From the NCBI GenBank assembly GCA_963735125.1, contig CAVTJY010000003.1, positions 2,615 through 66,614 of the forward strand: DNA of 64,000 bases. Direction: 5' to 3'. Positions 1 to 10,534 of the stretch are shown here, piece by piece. This DNA is from an uncultured Alphaproteobacteria bacterium. Its GTDB lineage: Bacteria > Pseudomonadota > Alphaproteobacteria > Rhizobiales > Hyphomicrobiaceae. The stretch's first letter is position 1; every line of letters starts with the position of its first letter. The position numbers were made by a program, and so were the translations under genes. Below the pieces are notes generated by a model that ran no database searches, was not told where the DNA came from, and saw only the letters and a list, made by a program, of their open reading frames with translations.

Positions 1-383
1 GCGTCATCACGGCGCAGTACCTGAAGGATGCGACGGATACGCAGTGGAAAGCGTCGCCCGATATGGTCGAGTGGAACAAGTTCATGGACAAGTACATGCC
101 CCAGGGCGACAAGAGCAGCTCGTTCCATGTCTACGGCTATGCGGCGGCCGCCACCATGGCCCAGGTTCTGAAGCAATGCGGCGACAACCTCACGCGCGAA
201 AACATCATGAAGCAGGCGGCGAGCCTGAAGGGCTTCGAGAATCCGATGCTGCTGCCGGGCATCAAGGTCAACACCAGCGCGACGGATTTCTATCCGATCC
301 AGGCGGTCCAGCTGTCGCGCTTCGAAGGCGAGAGCTGGAAGGTGTTTGGCGACGTGCTGTCGAACGAGGGCGCAAGCCAGTAG
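1..383 (+). CDS. Periplasmic substrate-binding protein of an ABC transporter (LivK/branched-chain amino-acid type), C-terminal part; 5' end outside window
   Basis: The frame of ORF 63..383 stays open to the window edge (VITAQYLKDATDTQWKASPDMVEWNKFMDKYMPQGDKSSSFHVYGYAAAATMAQVLKQCGDNL...). This reads like the C-terminal lobe of a type-I periplasmic binding protein. Confidence 0.6.
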   Translation, partial: VITAQYLKDATDTQWKASPDMVEWNKFMDKYMPQGDKSSSFHVYGYAAAATMAQVLKQCGDNLTRENIMKQAASLKGFENPMLLPGIKVNTSATDFYPIQAVQLSRFEGESWKVFGDVLSNEGASQ

Positions 384-441
384 GCGGTGCGCGTTGCATC
401 TCGGCCGCCGGGAAGTCCGGCGGCCGAGCGGCGATACGCAG

Positions 442-1200
442 ATGGGACAGATGACACAAGCCACCTCGCCCTTCGAGCGCATCAAGCCGCGCCCCGCCTA
501 CGAGCTGGTAGCGGAAGCGATTGAGCGCAAGATCCTGAGCGGACGCATGCGGCCGGGCGATCCGATCGGCACGGAATCGGAGCTGGTGAGGCAGTTTGGC
601 GTCAACCGCTCGACTGTGCGCGAGGGCATTCGCCTGCTGGAAAACTCCGGTCTAATCACTCGAGAGGCCAGTCGACGCCTATTCGTGGCGGTGCCGCACT
701 ACCATCAACTGGCGACGCGCATGAGCCGTGCTCTTGTGCTGCAGCAGGTCACGTTCCGAGAGCTTTGGCACACATCACGCGCGCTCGAGCCGGCCTGCGT
801 GGACCAGGCCATGGACAATGCCACTGAGGAAGATTTCGCCGCGCTGGCAGCGAATATCGACGAGATGCGCCACGTGCAGGGTGACCCCGATGCGGTCGGC
901 AAGCTCGATGCGGAGTTCCACAAGCTGATCGGCAAGGCCGCCCACAACCGCGTCCTGCTGTTGGCCAAGGAGCCGTCCGGCATGCTGGTGAGGCCGGTTA
1001 CTGCATTCATCATTTCCAAGAACCCGCGCGGCATACCCCGCATCATCGAGGCGCATCACAACATCCTGCAGGCTTTGCGGCACCGCGACCGGGAGGCCGG
1101 TCGATTATGGGTAAACCGCCACCTCAACGATTGGAAGGCGGGGTTCGAGGTGTCCGGCATGAACCTGGACGATCCTGTCAATCAGCCAGTCAGAGTATGA
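442..1200 (+). CDS. GntR-family transcriptional regulator, FadR/FCD subfamily
   Basis: N-terminal wHTH (AYELVAEAIERKILSGRMRPGDPIGTESELVRQFGVNRSTVREGIRLLENSGLI) plus an all-helical FCD-like C-terminal domain. Start taken at the MGQMTQ Met inside ORF 346..1200. Confidence 0.8.
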   Translation: MGQMTQATSPFERIKPRPAYELVAEAIERKILSGRMRPGDPIGTESELVRQFGVNRSTVREGIRLLENSGLITREASRRLFVAVPHYHQLATRMSRALVLQQVTFRELWHTSRALEPACVDQAMDNATEEDFAALAANIDEMRHVQGDPDAVGKLDAEFHKLIGKAAHNRVLLLAKEPSGMLVRPVTAFIISKNPRGIPRIIEAHHNILQALRHRDREAGRLWVNRHLNDWKAGFEVSGMNLDDPVNQPVRV

Positions 1201-1470
1201 CATCGCTCGCCGCCGGAGTAAATGCGGCACCAAGCGCCCCTCATGTCGCTTCGCAGCCGTCTGAACGGCGAGCGGCATCGTCCGTCGTGGTGCCAAGGTC
1301 TGACGGCGCGACAGATGTGTTCGAATGGCGACACCCGCGCTCGCGATCGATAACTGCCCCTAGCGCAGCGATTGACCACCTCCACCAATCCGCTTGTCCT
1401 GCGGCCCCCCCAGAGACAATATCCTGCCATCGACGCCGAGCACCGTTCGCAAGGGTGGTGCCGCGCCCTC

Positions 1471-3073
1471 ATGGTGGAGGTAAATGTGAACCGATATCAA
1501 TTGCTTGCGGGCGCGACCCTGCTGGCGTTGCTCGCCGGTGGCGCCCAAGCGCAGACACCGAAGGACACCGTCGTGATGGCCAAGCAGATCGACGACATCA
1601 TTTCGCTCGATCCCGCTGAGGCGTTCGAGTTCTCGGGTGTCGAGGTCGGCGCCAACGTCTATGACAAACTGATCGGCGTCGATGTCGCCAACGGCAATAA
1701 GCTCGTGGGCGAACTCGCCGAGAGCTGGACCGTGAGTCCGGACAACCTCGCCTACACGTTCAAGCTCCGCCCGGGCGTGAAGTTCCATTCGGGCAATCCG
1801 TTGACCGCGACTGATGTCGTCTACTCTTTCCAGCGCGCGGTGACGCTGAACAAGTCGCCGGGCTTCATCTTGCTACAGTTCGGCTTCACCAAGGAAAACG
1901 TGCTCGAGAAGGTGCAAGCACCTGACCCGTCAACCGTCGTGATCACGGTCTCCAAGCCGTTCGCGCCGACGTTCTTCCTCAATTGCCTGACCTCCGGCGT
2001 CGCGAGCATCGTCGACTCCAAGCTCGTCCAGGCCAACATCAAGGATGGCGACTTCGGCAACGAGTGGCTGAAACTCAACTCGGCCGGCTCCGGGGCCTAC
2101 AGCGTGCGCGCCTATCGGCCCAACGAACAGTATGCACTGGAAGCCAACGCGAGCTGGTACAAGGGCGCGCCGAAGAACAAGCGCGTCATCGTACGCCACG
2201 TGCCCGAGCCGGCCTCCCAGCGGCTGCTGCTCGAGAAGGGCGACATCGACATCGCGCGCAATCTATCCAAAGACCAGCTCGCCGCGATCAAATCGAACAC
2301 AAATCTCGGCACCGTGCAGGGCGACAAGGGCTACATCCTCTACCTCGGCCTCAACACCAAGAACCAGAGTTTCGCAAAGCCGGAGGTGCGCGAGGCGATG
2401 AAGTGGCTCGTCGACTATAGCTCGATCGAGCGCAACATCCTCGCGGGTACGTACAAACCGCACCAGGCCTTCCTGCCGAACGGCTTTCTCGGCGCAATTG
2501 ACGACAAGCCCTACAAGTTCGACCCGGCGAAAGCCAAGGAACTGCTCGCCAAGGCTGGCCTCCCGAACGGATTCTCGGTGACGATGGACGTGCGCTAACA
2601 CTTCGCCCATTACCGAGATTGCGGAGGCGATCCAGGCCAACTTGGCGCAGGCCGGGATCAAGCTCGAGCTGATCCCCGGCGATGGCAAGGCGACACTGAC
2701 AAAGTATCGTGCCCGCACGCATGATATCTATATCGGCCAGTGGGGGCCGGACTACCTCGATCCCCATTCCAATGCCGAGACGTTCGCGATCAACGAGAAC
2801 AATGGCGAGGACGCCAAGTCGAAGACGCTCGCCTGGCGCAACGCCTGGGACATTCCCGACATGACCAAGGTCACGCAGGCAGCCGTGCTCGAGCGTGACG
2901 GTGTCAAGCGAGCCGAGACCTACGGCAACCTACAGCGCGAGCACCAGCAGATCTCTCCGTTCGTGATCATGTTCCAGCAGGTCGAGGTCTCGGCGCAGCG
3001 CAAGACAGTCGGCGGCTGGGTTATTGGACCGACCTCGGACACGAACTTCTACGCGCCGATCGTGAAAAACTGA
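1471..3073 (+). pseudogene. ABC transporter substrate-binding protein, family 5 (peptide/nickel/opine type); one frame break at ~2596
   Basis: Signal peptide (NRYQLLAGATLLALLAGGAQAQ) and SBP_bac_5-like body in ORF 1372..2598. The protein continues seamlessly as NTSPITEIAEAIQANLAQAGIKLELIPGDG... in ORF 2642..3073. An extra T at 2596 creates the TAA stop. Confidence 0.8.
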
Positions 3074-3114
3074 GAACCTGAAGGACTGCAGCCCCCCGCG
3101 CCGTCGACCGGTCC

Positions 3115-4239
3115 ATGGCAGGCGGCGCGGGGGCCGGCGCATTCGAGTACGCAAGCCTGCGGACCCCCGTATGGAGAGCGCGACTCACAGCCGCCGTTTC
3201 CGCAGTGCCGGTCCGCCCTTCGCGCCTGCTGCGTTGGGTGCGCGTGCTCGGCCGCGAGCTGACGACGATCGCCATAACGATCTTTGGGTTGCTGCTGATC
3301 ACGTTCCTGATCGCCCGCGTCATCCCGATTGATCCTGTGCTGGCCGTCGTCGGCGACAATGCCCGACCCGACGTCTACGAGAACGCGCGTGTCGCCATGG
3401 GGCTCGACAAGCCGCTGTGGCAGCAGTTTGCGATCTATGTCGGCAAGGTGTTCCAGGGCGATCTCGGCAAGTCGATCCTGACGGCAAAGCCGGTCGCTGA
3501 GGACATCCGCCGCGTCTTTCCTGCGACGCTTGAACTCGCCACGCTCGGCACCTTGATCGGCGTCGCATTCGGCATCCCGCTCGGCGTTGCCGGTGCCGTC
3601 GCCCAGGGGCGCTGGCCCGATCAGCTTGCACGGATCGTCGGCCTGTTCGGCTACTCGATCCCGATTTTCTGGCTCGGCCTGATGGCTTTGCTGCTGTTCT
3701 ACGCCAAGCTCGGCTGGACCAGCGGCCCGGGCCGCATCGGCATCGCCTACCAGGACTTCGTCACGCCGGTGACCGGCTTGATTCTGCTCGATGCCGCAAC
3801 GCAGGGCGAGTGGGACGCCTTCCGAAATGCGGTCTCGCATCTGATCTTGCCGGCATCCGTGCTCGGCCTTTTCAGCATGGCCTACATCAGCCGCATGACG
3901 CGCAGCTTCATGATCGCGGAGCTGCAGCAGCAGTACATCGTTGCGGCGCGCATGAAGGGACTGTCCGAGAGCCGCGTTATATGGCGCCATGCCCTCCGCA
4001 ACGCCATAACGCCCCTGGTGACGGTCATTGCATTGTCCTACGCCCACCTGCTCGAAGGATCGGTGCTGACCGAGACGGTCTTTGCCTGGCCTGGCCTCGG
4101 TCGCTACATCACCAGCGCGCTGCTCAATGCGGACATGAACGCCGTGCTCGGTGGCACGCTGGTCGTCGGCGCGGTTTTTATCGGCGTCAACCTGCTGTCT
4201 GACATCATCGGCCGGATCTTCGACCCGAGGACGCGCTGA
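3115..4239 (+). CDS. ABC transporter permease (DppB/OppB-like)
   Basis: Polytopic membrane protein with a BPD_transp_1-type core (MKGLSESRVIWRHALRNAITPLVTVIALSYAHLLEGSVLTETVFAWPGLGRY). The true start is probably downstream of 3115, with TTG/GTG candidates near 3230. Confidence 0.85.
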   Translation: MAGGAGAGAFEYASLRTPVWRARLTAAVSAVPVRPSRLLRWVRVLGRELTTIAITIFGLLLITFLIARVIPIDPVLAVVGDNARPDVYENARVAMGLDKPLWQQFAIYVGKVFQGDLGKSILTAKPVAEDIRRVFPATLELATLGTLIGVAFGIPLGVAGAVAQGRWPDQLARIVGLFGYSIPIFWLGLMALLLFYAKLGWTSGPGRIGIAYQDFVTPVTGLILLDAATQGEWDAFRNAVSHLILPASVLGLFSMAYISRMTRSFMIAELQQQYIVAARMKGLSESRVIWRHALRNAITPLVTVIALSYAHLLEGSVLTETVFAWPGLGRYITSALLNADMNAVLGGTLVVGAVFIGVNLLSDIIGRIFDPRTR

Positions 4240-4243
4240 CGCG

Positions 4244-5135
4244 ATGACCACATGGAGCGCGTATCTGCGGTCTGATGCGCCGACCTCCCGCCGACAGGCG
4301 CGGCTTTGTCAACTCTGGCGTCGGTGGCTGGCGCTCCGACGCAATTCGCTCGCCATCATTGGGCTGTTGATCGTTCTGGCCCTGCTGGCTATCGCCATGT
4401 TTGCCCCACTTATTGCCACCCACGACCCCATCGCACAAAACCTCGACCAGCGCCTGCGACCGCCCTCTGCTACCGCGTGGCTCGGCACCGACGCACTCGG
4501 ACGCGACATCTATCAGCCGCCTCATCCATGGCGCACGCGTGACGCTGGTGATCGTGCTGCTGGTGGTCGTCACGGTTGGCCCGATCGGTTTGTTGATTGG
4601 CGCGTCCGCCGGCTATCTGGGCGGCTGGGTCGATCGCGCGTTGATGCGCTTTACCGATGTCTTCCTGGCGTTTCCGCGCCTGGTGCTCGCGCTCGCGTTC
4701 GTCGCAGCGCTCGGACCCGGGATCGTCAACGCGATCATCGCCATTGCACTGACCGCTTGGCCTCCTTATGCGCGGGTCGCACGTGCCGAGGCGCTCGTCA
4801 TCCGCAATGCCGACTACATCGCCGCCACCCGTCTGCTGGGTGCCTCCTCTTGGCGCATCGTCATGCGCCACGTCGTGCCCATGTGCATGCCCTCGCTGAT
4901 CGTGCGCACGACGCTGGACATGGCTGGGATCATTCTCACCGCCGCCGGGCTCGGTTTCCTCGGCCTCGGCGCCCAGCCACCCATGCCCGAGTGGGGCGCC
5001 ATGATCTCAGCCGGCCGCGAGCAGATCTTCGATCAATGGTGGGTCGCGACGTTCCCCGGCATCGCCATCTGTATCGTCGCGCTCGGCTTCAACCTGCTGG
5101 GCGACGGCCTGCGCGACGTCATGGATGCCAAATGA
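4244..5135 (+). pseudogene. ABC transporter permease (DppC/OppC-like); one frame break at ~4514
   Basis: The N-terminus (MTTWSAYL...LGTDALGRDIY) lies in the frame of ORF 4151. The rest (SRLIHGARVTLVIVLL...GDGLRDVMDAK) lies in ORF 4401..5135. An extra C splits the conserved GRDIY|SRLIHG motif. Confidence 0.8.
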
Positions 5136-5989
5136 GCGACGCTGCTCCGCTCCTCGATGTCGCAAACCTGCGCGTCGACTTTCAAACCCCAACCGGCACG
5201 GTCAATGCTGTGCGCGGACTCTCGTTCACGCTCGGCCGTGAGCGCCTCGGCATCGTCGGGGAGTCAGGCTCCGGCAAATCCATGACGGGGCGTGCCATTC
5301 TTGATCTGATCCCTCCTCCCGGGGTGGTCACCGCCGACCGCCTGGCCTATCGCGGCCAGGATCTACTCGGCATGCACCGCACCGAGCGGCGGCGTCTGCG
5401 TGGACGACGCATGTCGATGGTGCTGCAGGATCCCAAGTTCTCGCTCAATCCCGTCGCGACCGTCGGCCATCAGATCGCCGAGGCCTTTCGCGTGCACCAT
5501 AAGGCGAGCCGGCGTGAGGCACGCGAGCGTTCGCTCAGCATGCTCGAGGCGGTGCAGATCCGAGAGCCGGCGCGCGTCTATGACCTCTACCCGCACGAGG
5601 TCTCGGGCGGCATGGGCCAGCGCGTGATGATCGCCATGATGCTGATCGCCGAGCCCGACATCCTCATCGCCGACGAGCCGACCTCGGCGCTCGATGTCAC
5701 CGTCCAGCTCCAGATTCTGAAGATCCTGGACGACTTGGTGACGAGCCGCGGCATGGGCCTCATCTTCATCAGCCACGACCTGCACCTGGTGCGCTCGTTC
5801 TGTGATCGCGTGATGGTGATGTACGCCGGCAAGGCGATGGAGACCATGCCGGCTGCCGAACTCACCGATCCGGCCGCGATGGCGAGACGCCACGGCTACA
5901 CGCTCGGTCTGCTCGGCTGCCTGCCGGAGCTCGAGCGGCCGAAGGCCAAGCTCGCCACGCTGACGCGCGATCCGGAGTGGATGAAATGA
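5132..5989 (+). CDS. ABC transporter ATP-binding protein (DppD/OppD-like)
   Basis: Walker A GESGSGKS, signature VSGGMGQR and Walker B ILIADEPTSALD. The ATGA start overlaps the permease stop. Confidence 0.9.
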   Translation: MSDAAPLLDVANLRVDFQTPTGTVNAVRGLSFTLGRERLGIVGESGSGKSMTGRAILDLIPPPGVVTADRLAYRGQDLLGMHRTERRRLRGRRMSMVLQDPKFSLNPVATVGHQIAEAFRVHHKASRREARERSLSMLEAVQIREPARVYDLYPHEVSGGMGQRVMIAMMLIAEPDILIADEPTSALDVTVQLQILKILDDLVTSRGMGLIFISHDLHLVRSFCDRVMVMYAGKAMETMPAAELTDPAAMARRHGYTLGLLGCLPELERPKAKLATLTRDPEWMK

Positions 5990-6744
5990 GCGCTCAACCG
6001 GCAATCGCGGTCGACCACCTCGATGTGCGCTTTGGTCAGGCACATGTTGTCCGCGACGTCTCGTTCCACGTCGGCGATGGCGAAAGCTACGGGATCGTCG
6101 GCGAATCCGGCTCTGGAAAATCGACCGTGTTGCGTGTGCTGGCAGGCCTGAACCAGAACTGGAGTGGAACGATCGGCATTCGCGGCACGCCCCAGCCCAA
6201 GCGCCGCGACAAGGCTTTCCATGCTGCCGTGCAGATGGTGTTCCAGGACCCCTACGGCAGCCTGCATCCCAAGAAGACGATCGACGATGCGCTGGCCGAG
6301 CCGCTCTCGATCCACGGCATCGGCGGCGCCGACGCGCGCATCACGCGGGCACTGGACGAGGTCGGCCTGCCGCAGTCGTTCCGCTTCCGGTATCCGAGCC
6401 AGCTGTCCGGCGGCCAGCGCCAGCGCGTCGCCATTGCCCGGGCGCTCATCCTGGAGCCTGGCATCCTGCTGCTCGATGAGCCAACCTCGGCGCTTGACGT
6501 CTCGATCCAGGCCGAGGTCCTGAACCTTCTTCAGGCGTTGCGCATCGAGCGAGGGCTAACCTACGTGCTGGTGAGCCACAATCTCGCGGTGGTGGCGCAC
6601 ATGTGCGAACGCCTGTTGGTCATGCAGCTCGGCCAAGCCGTCGAGGAGATGGACGCGGGCAGGCTCACCGCCCGTGCGCCCCGTACCGAATACGCGCGCC
6701 AGTTGCTCGTCGCCAGCGAAGGCTTCCGCCGCGTATCAACCTGA
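5986..6744 (+). CDS. ABC transporter ATP-binding protein (DppF/OppF-like)
   Basis: Walker A GESGSGKS, signature LSGGQRQR and Walker B LLLDEPTSALD. The ATGA start overlaps the upstream ATPase gene. Confidence 0.9.
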   Translation: MSAQPAIAVDHLDVRFGQAHVVRDVSFHVGDGESYGIVGESGSGKSTVLRVLAGLNQNWSGTIGIRGTPQPKRRDKAFHAAVQMVFQDPYGSLHPKKTIDDALAEPLSIHGIGGADARITRALDEVGLPQSFRFRYPSQLSGGQRQRVAIARALILEPGILLLDEPTSALDVSIQAEVLNLLQALRIERGLTYVLVSHNLAVVAHMCERLLVMQLGQAVEEMDAGRLTARAPRTEYARQLLVASEGFRRVST

Positions 6745-6932
6745 ATGTCGCTCGACAACCCTGGCGGCATCGCGGACCACCTTTGCGATCTCACCTTGAG
6801 CTGCTTTTTTTTGGTGACGATACATCACAAATGTCGGCATCCGGCACTTAACGGACAACCTCGTGGATACGGACAATGTCTGCTTTCGGGAGGAACAGAC
6901 ATGCGGACGCGCAGCTGCCTAGTCAGCTTTTG

Positions 6933-8503
6933 ACCCTGGCTGCGTGAAAACATCGAGTCAGTTATGATTCTCCTGGCGGTCTGCGGGGAATCTCATGAAG
7001 CGCTTTGTTGTGGGGGCGGATCGCGGGCAATCGACATTGTTGCCCGAATGCCTGGATGACTGGATCGACGAGAGCAATCCTGTTCGCGTAATAGACGCGT
7101 TCGTTGATGCGCTCGATCTCGCCACGCTTGGGTTTGACAGTGTCGCGCCGGCGACGACCGGCCGGCCCGCCTATCATCCTTCGGTTCTTCTGAAGCTCTA
7201 CATCTACGGCTATCTCAACCGCGTGCAGTCGAGCCGACGGCTCGAGCGTGAGGCTGGCCGCAATCTCGAGGTGATGTGGCTTCTTGGCCGGCTCGTCCCC
7301 GATGACAAGGTGATTGCCGATTTCCGCAAGGACAATGGTCCGGCGGTCCGCAAGGTGTGCGCGCGCTTCGTCGATCTGTGTCGCGAGATGGGTCTGCTTG
7401 GGAAAGCGAGCGTCGCCATTGACGGCAGCAAGTTCAAGGCGGTCAACAATCGGGATCGGAATTTCACGCGCGGCAAGATCGATCGCCGACGCGCGCAGCT
7501 CGAAGAAAGTGTGGCGCGGTATCTGAGCCAGCTCGATACGGCCGACCGTCACGAGCCATCGGAGACGCTCGCATTGAAGACGACGCGCCTCAAGGAAAAG
7601 CTCGTTAAGTTGAAAGAGGAGATGGCGAAGCTCGCGGCCTATGAGAAGCAGATGCTGGCTTCGCCCGATCAGCAGATCTCGCTGACCGATCCGGACTCGC
7701 GATCCATGGCGACGAGCGGGCGTGGCTCCGGCGTCGTTGGCTACAACGTGCAGGTCGCGGTCGACACCGAACATCATCTGATCGTGACACATGAGGTAAC
7801 GAATACCGGCTCGGATCGCTCACAGCTGGCGAATGTTGCGAAGCAGGCGAAGGCGGTTCTGCACGTGGACAAACTCGAAGCCGTCGCCGATCGTGGCTAC
7901 TTCAACGGCGAAGAGATCCTCGCGTGCGAAGAAGCCGGCATCACGGTGACGCTGCCGAAGCCAATGACGTCGGGCGCGAAGGCGGAAGGCCGCTTCGGCA
8001 AGCAGGACTTTGTCTATCTGTCCGAGCAGGACGTCTACCGGTGCCCAGCGGGAGAGCATCTCAAATACCACTTCACGGCCCTGGAGCACGGACAGCAACT
8101 GCGTCGCTATTGGACGGGCGCGTGCCAGACTTGCGCCATCAAGGATCAATGCACCACCGGCAAGGAGCGCCGGATCACGCGATGGGAGCACGAGCATGTG
8201 CTCGAGGCAGTGCAGAAGAGGCTCGACGAGAACCCGCTGGCGATGCGTCAGCGGCGCGAGACGGTCGAGCACCCCTTCGGCACGCTGAAGATGAGGATGG
8301 GCGCGACGCACTTCCAAATGAAAACGCTGCCGAAGGTCGCCACCGAGATGGCGCTCTCGGTGCTCGCCTACAATCTGACCCGCGTCATGAACATCATAGG
8401 CGTCAAGCCGCTGATCGCGGCGATCGCGGCATAGGCGCGAGCACTCTCGCGTGCCGATTCCGGACCGGGGATTGCCCCGCACGCTCTGACGATGACCCAG
8501 GGT
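6933..8503 (+). mobile_element. IS1182-family (IS5-like) insertion sequence; ends approximate
   Basis: A single transposase ORF is flanked by imperfect inverted blocks. Left: accctgg...catcgagtcag...tgcggggaatc. The reverse complement of the right end has accctgg..catcgtcag..tgcggggcaatc. I could not identify a clean target duplication. Confidence 0.55.
6995..8434 (+). CDS. IS1182-family DDE transposase
   Basis: 479 aa. N-terminal motif (GADRGQSTLLPECLDDWIDESNPVRVIDAFVDALDL...GRPAYHPSVLLKLYIYGYLNRVQSSRRLEREAGRNLEVMWL) and C-terminal DDE_Tnp_1_6-like region (VADRGYFNGEEI...HPFGTLK), both typical of IS1182/IS5 group transposases. Confidence 0.85.
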   Translation: MKRFVVGADRGQSTLLPECLDDWIDESNPVRVIDAFVDALDLATLGFDSVAPATTGRPAYHPSVLLKLYIYGYLNRVQSSRRLEREAGRNLEVMWLLGRLVPDDKVIADFRKDNGPAVRKVCARFVDLCREMGLLGKASVAIDGSKFKAVNNRDRNFTRGKIDRRRAQLEESVARYLSQLDTADRHEPSETLALKTTRLKEKLVKLKEEMAKLAAYEKQMLASPDQQISLTDPDSRSMATSGRGSGVVGYNVQVAVDTEHHLIVTHEVTNTGSDRSQLANVAKQAKAVLHVDKLEAVADRGYFNGEEILACEEAGITVTLPKPMTSGAKAEGRFGKQDFVYLSEQDVYRCPAGEHLKYHFTALEHGQQLRRYWTGACQTCAIKDQCTTGKERRITRWEHEHVLEAVQKRLDENPLAMRQRRETVEHPFGTLKMRMGATHFQMKTLPKVATEMALSVLAYNLTRVMNIIGVKPLIAAIAA

Positions 8504-9271
8504 TGGTCTTGATCAAGCACCAGGAAGAAATTGCTCAAATCGGCCGCGTCACCCTACAACCACCCAGTCGCGCCTCGTTGTTGACCGCTACGCAGCGTTA
8601 TCACGCAACCAAGACCAAAGGCACGCTCGAAGGCGGGCATGCGGGCATCTATGGCGTCAGACGCCTCGGGCCGTTCTATCTGGCCGGCACCGTCGACTAC
8701 GCTCACTATTCCAATGACAGCCGCCGCTCCATCGATTGGGTGGTGGATGAGCGTACGAGCGGCGAGTTTTCCAGTGAGCGTGCTCAGCGCGCGTGTCGAG
8801 GTCGGCTGGCGGCGCCCCTTCGGCCGCTTCCTGGTGACGCCGTTCGCGGGCTTGAACCTGGCACATCTCTGGAGCGATGGCTTCACCGAGAACAGCGTGA
8901 CGTCGACGGGTGCGCCGGGCATCCTTGGATTGACCTTCGGCGACAAGTCCGTCAACTCGATACAGAGCTCGCTTGGCATCCAGGTCGATACCCGCACAAG
9001 GCTCTCCAACGGCCAGATCCTGACGCCCTTCGCGCGGGTCGCCTGGCTGCACGAGTTCAATCCGGACCGCAGCGTCCACTCGTTCCTCACGGCGTCGCCG
9101 GCGGCTGCGTTCTCGCCGTTTGGCGCGTTCGCGCGAGCAATCTCGCCAAGGTGAACGCGGCGTGAGGCTCGACGTCACTGGTAGCTGGGCCGTGTTCGGC
9201 TATTTCGATGGAGAGTTCTCCAGCGAGGGCCAGAGCTACGGTGGCACGGCGGCGTGAAGATTTTCTGGTAG
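8504..9271 (+). pseudogene. Autotransporter outer-membrane beta-barrel domain remnant; passenger domain missing, at least 3 frame breaks
   Basis: GGHAGIYGVRRLGPFYLAGTVDYAHYSNDSRRSIDW..., then RVEVGWRRPFGRFLVTPFAGLNLAHLWSDGFTENS...ARVAWLHEFNPDRS, then a terminal ...GVKIFW-stop. These are spread over three frames and begin directly at the IS right end. Confidence 0.65.
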
Positions 9272-9521
9272 CGGGTTTGAGCGCTCGAATTGGGCTTGTG
9301 TTTGCTGGGAAGGTTCGTGGCGGCGCCATTGAACAGCGCTCTTGCGAGCGCTCAATGCGACAAGCGGCAGCGGATCGGTCGTGAGCGAGGCCGGCGATGA
9401 GCGGGCAATCGTTGGCCATGCCGCCACGTCAGACGCGCGACATCGTCAGTTGTGAGTGCGTGTTACCCGAAGCGGACTAGCGATCTGGATGGAGCACCGC
9501 AATGGCCCCGATTGGGCGGCA

Positions 9522-10235
9522 TCAGCACATGTTGGCCAGATAGTAGTTGCCTGCGAGACGGCATTGTCCAACCCGCCATTCGGCGGGCCGTCCGTGGATC
9601 GTGTGAACGACGCGATCCAGCACAATGACCGGCGGGCCTTGCGCTACGTCCAGGGTCTCCGCTGCCTCGCGGGAGGCGGCGCCAATCGAGATCCGCTCTT
9701 GCGCCTCACCAAGCAGCAGGCCGTGCTGCTGGGCCAGGACCACAATGCGATAGGAACCCCCACCATCCATGCTGGAAAACAGCTTGGCGGGCAGGGAGAC
9801 TTCCTCGCGCATGAACACCTGGTCGTCGTAGAACCGGGTCCTGGAGATGCGCCAGACCGGATCTTGTTCACCTAATTGCAGTCGCAGGCATTCCGCTTCA
9901 TTGGCCTTACCCTCAGCAAGGTTGATGGTCTCAGCGCGGCCGACGAGCGGTTTGCCGTCGGTTCCACAAATCTTGCTGAAGCGATTGACCAGTCCATCGG
10001 CGGCCGGGTCGTTGACGAATGTGCCGCGGCCTTGCCTGCGCGTAATCAGGTGCTCGTCCTCCAGGAGATCGAGCGCCTTGCGCATGGTGCCGACGCTCAC
10101 GCCGAACTCGCGCGCCAGATCATTCTCATTGGGAATAATCTTGCTGGGCTTCCACTGCCCCGTGGCGATGCGCTCGGCCAGTGCATCGCGCAGTTGGAGA
10201 TAGAGCGGCCTGGTCGAGAATGAGTGCAATGCCAT
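9522..10235 (-). CDS. GntR-family transcriptional regulator, HutC/UTRA subfamily
   Basis: wHTH (LYLQLRDALAERIATGQWKPSKIIPNENDLAREFGVSVGTMRKALDLLEDEHLITRRQGRGTFV) followed by a UTRA-like effector domain. Intact, 237 aa. Confidence 0.85.
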   Translation of the reverse strand: MALHSFSTRPLYLQLRDALAERIATGQWKPSKIIPNENDLAREFGVSVGTMRKALDLLEDEHLITRRQGRGTFVNDPAADGLVNRFSKICGTDGKPLVGRAETINLAEGKANEAECLRLQLGEQDPVWRISRTRFYDDQVFMREEVSLPAKLFSSMDGGGSYRIVVLAQQHGLLLGEAQERISIGAASREAAETLDVAQGPPVIVLDRVVHTIHGRPAEWRVGQCRLAGNYYLANMC

Positions 10236-10534
10236 GGCTAGACCCGCTCCGCTCTATGGTGATGCTCGAAACTCGCGATGCGACCCGCCCTCCAAACGTG
10301 ATGTGTGCCGTGCCATCGCGCGCAAAATGCGCAACCGACGGCACCTTCATCGATAGCGGGGGCGTTCTGGCAATACGAGAGCCCTTGCGTAGCGGCCTCA
10401 TCCCATCAAGGGCTCTCGGCGACCCCGCCGCACTACACACTAGGCCGCCTCGTCAGGCATTGCCCTAACGTGGGTTAGCGCTCCGGCGTTTTGCTCGCGA
10501 CGGTTAATTGGAGCGAAACGTGCGGAGCGCCGGT

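Noticed and set aside
3049-4251. Long antisense or alternative-frame ORFs throughout the window (e.g. 3049..4251 -, 18984..20078 -, 31617..32720 -, 33179..35071 -, 33544..35454 +, 36303..37646 -, 59627..60616 -)
   Set aside because: They overlap well-supported genes and translate to Arg/Ala/Gly/Pro-rich low-complexity sequence typical of shadow ORFs in high-GC DNA. None carries a recognisable motif.
4151-5989. Very long composite ORFs (4151..5989, 612 aa; 42175..43899, 574 aa; 42984..45038, 684 aa; 31034..32722; 31515..33155)
   Set aside because: Each is a chance concatenation. A real gene segment is joined to out-of-frame read-through of neighbours because of a frame break or a lack of stops in GC-rich off-frames. 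The real gene boundaries are given in the feature list.
10377-10417. 10-bp perfect hairpin gagagccctt...aagggctctc with a 21-nt loop between the GntR gene and the broken crp gene
   Set aside because: It has a large loop and no U-tract on either strand. It may be a weak terminator of the crp remnant, but this is not distinctive enough to call.
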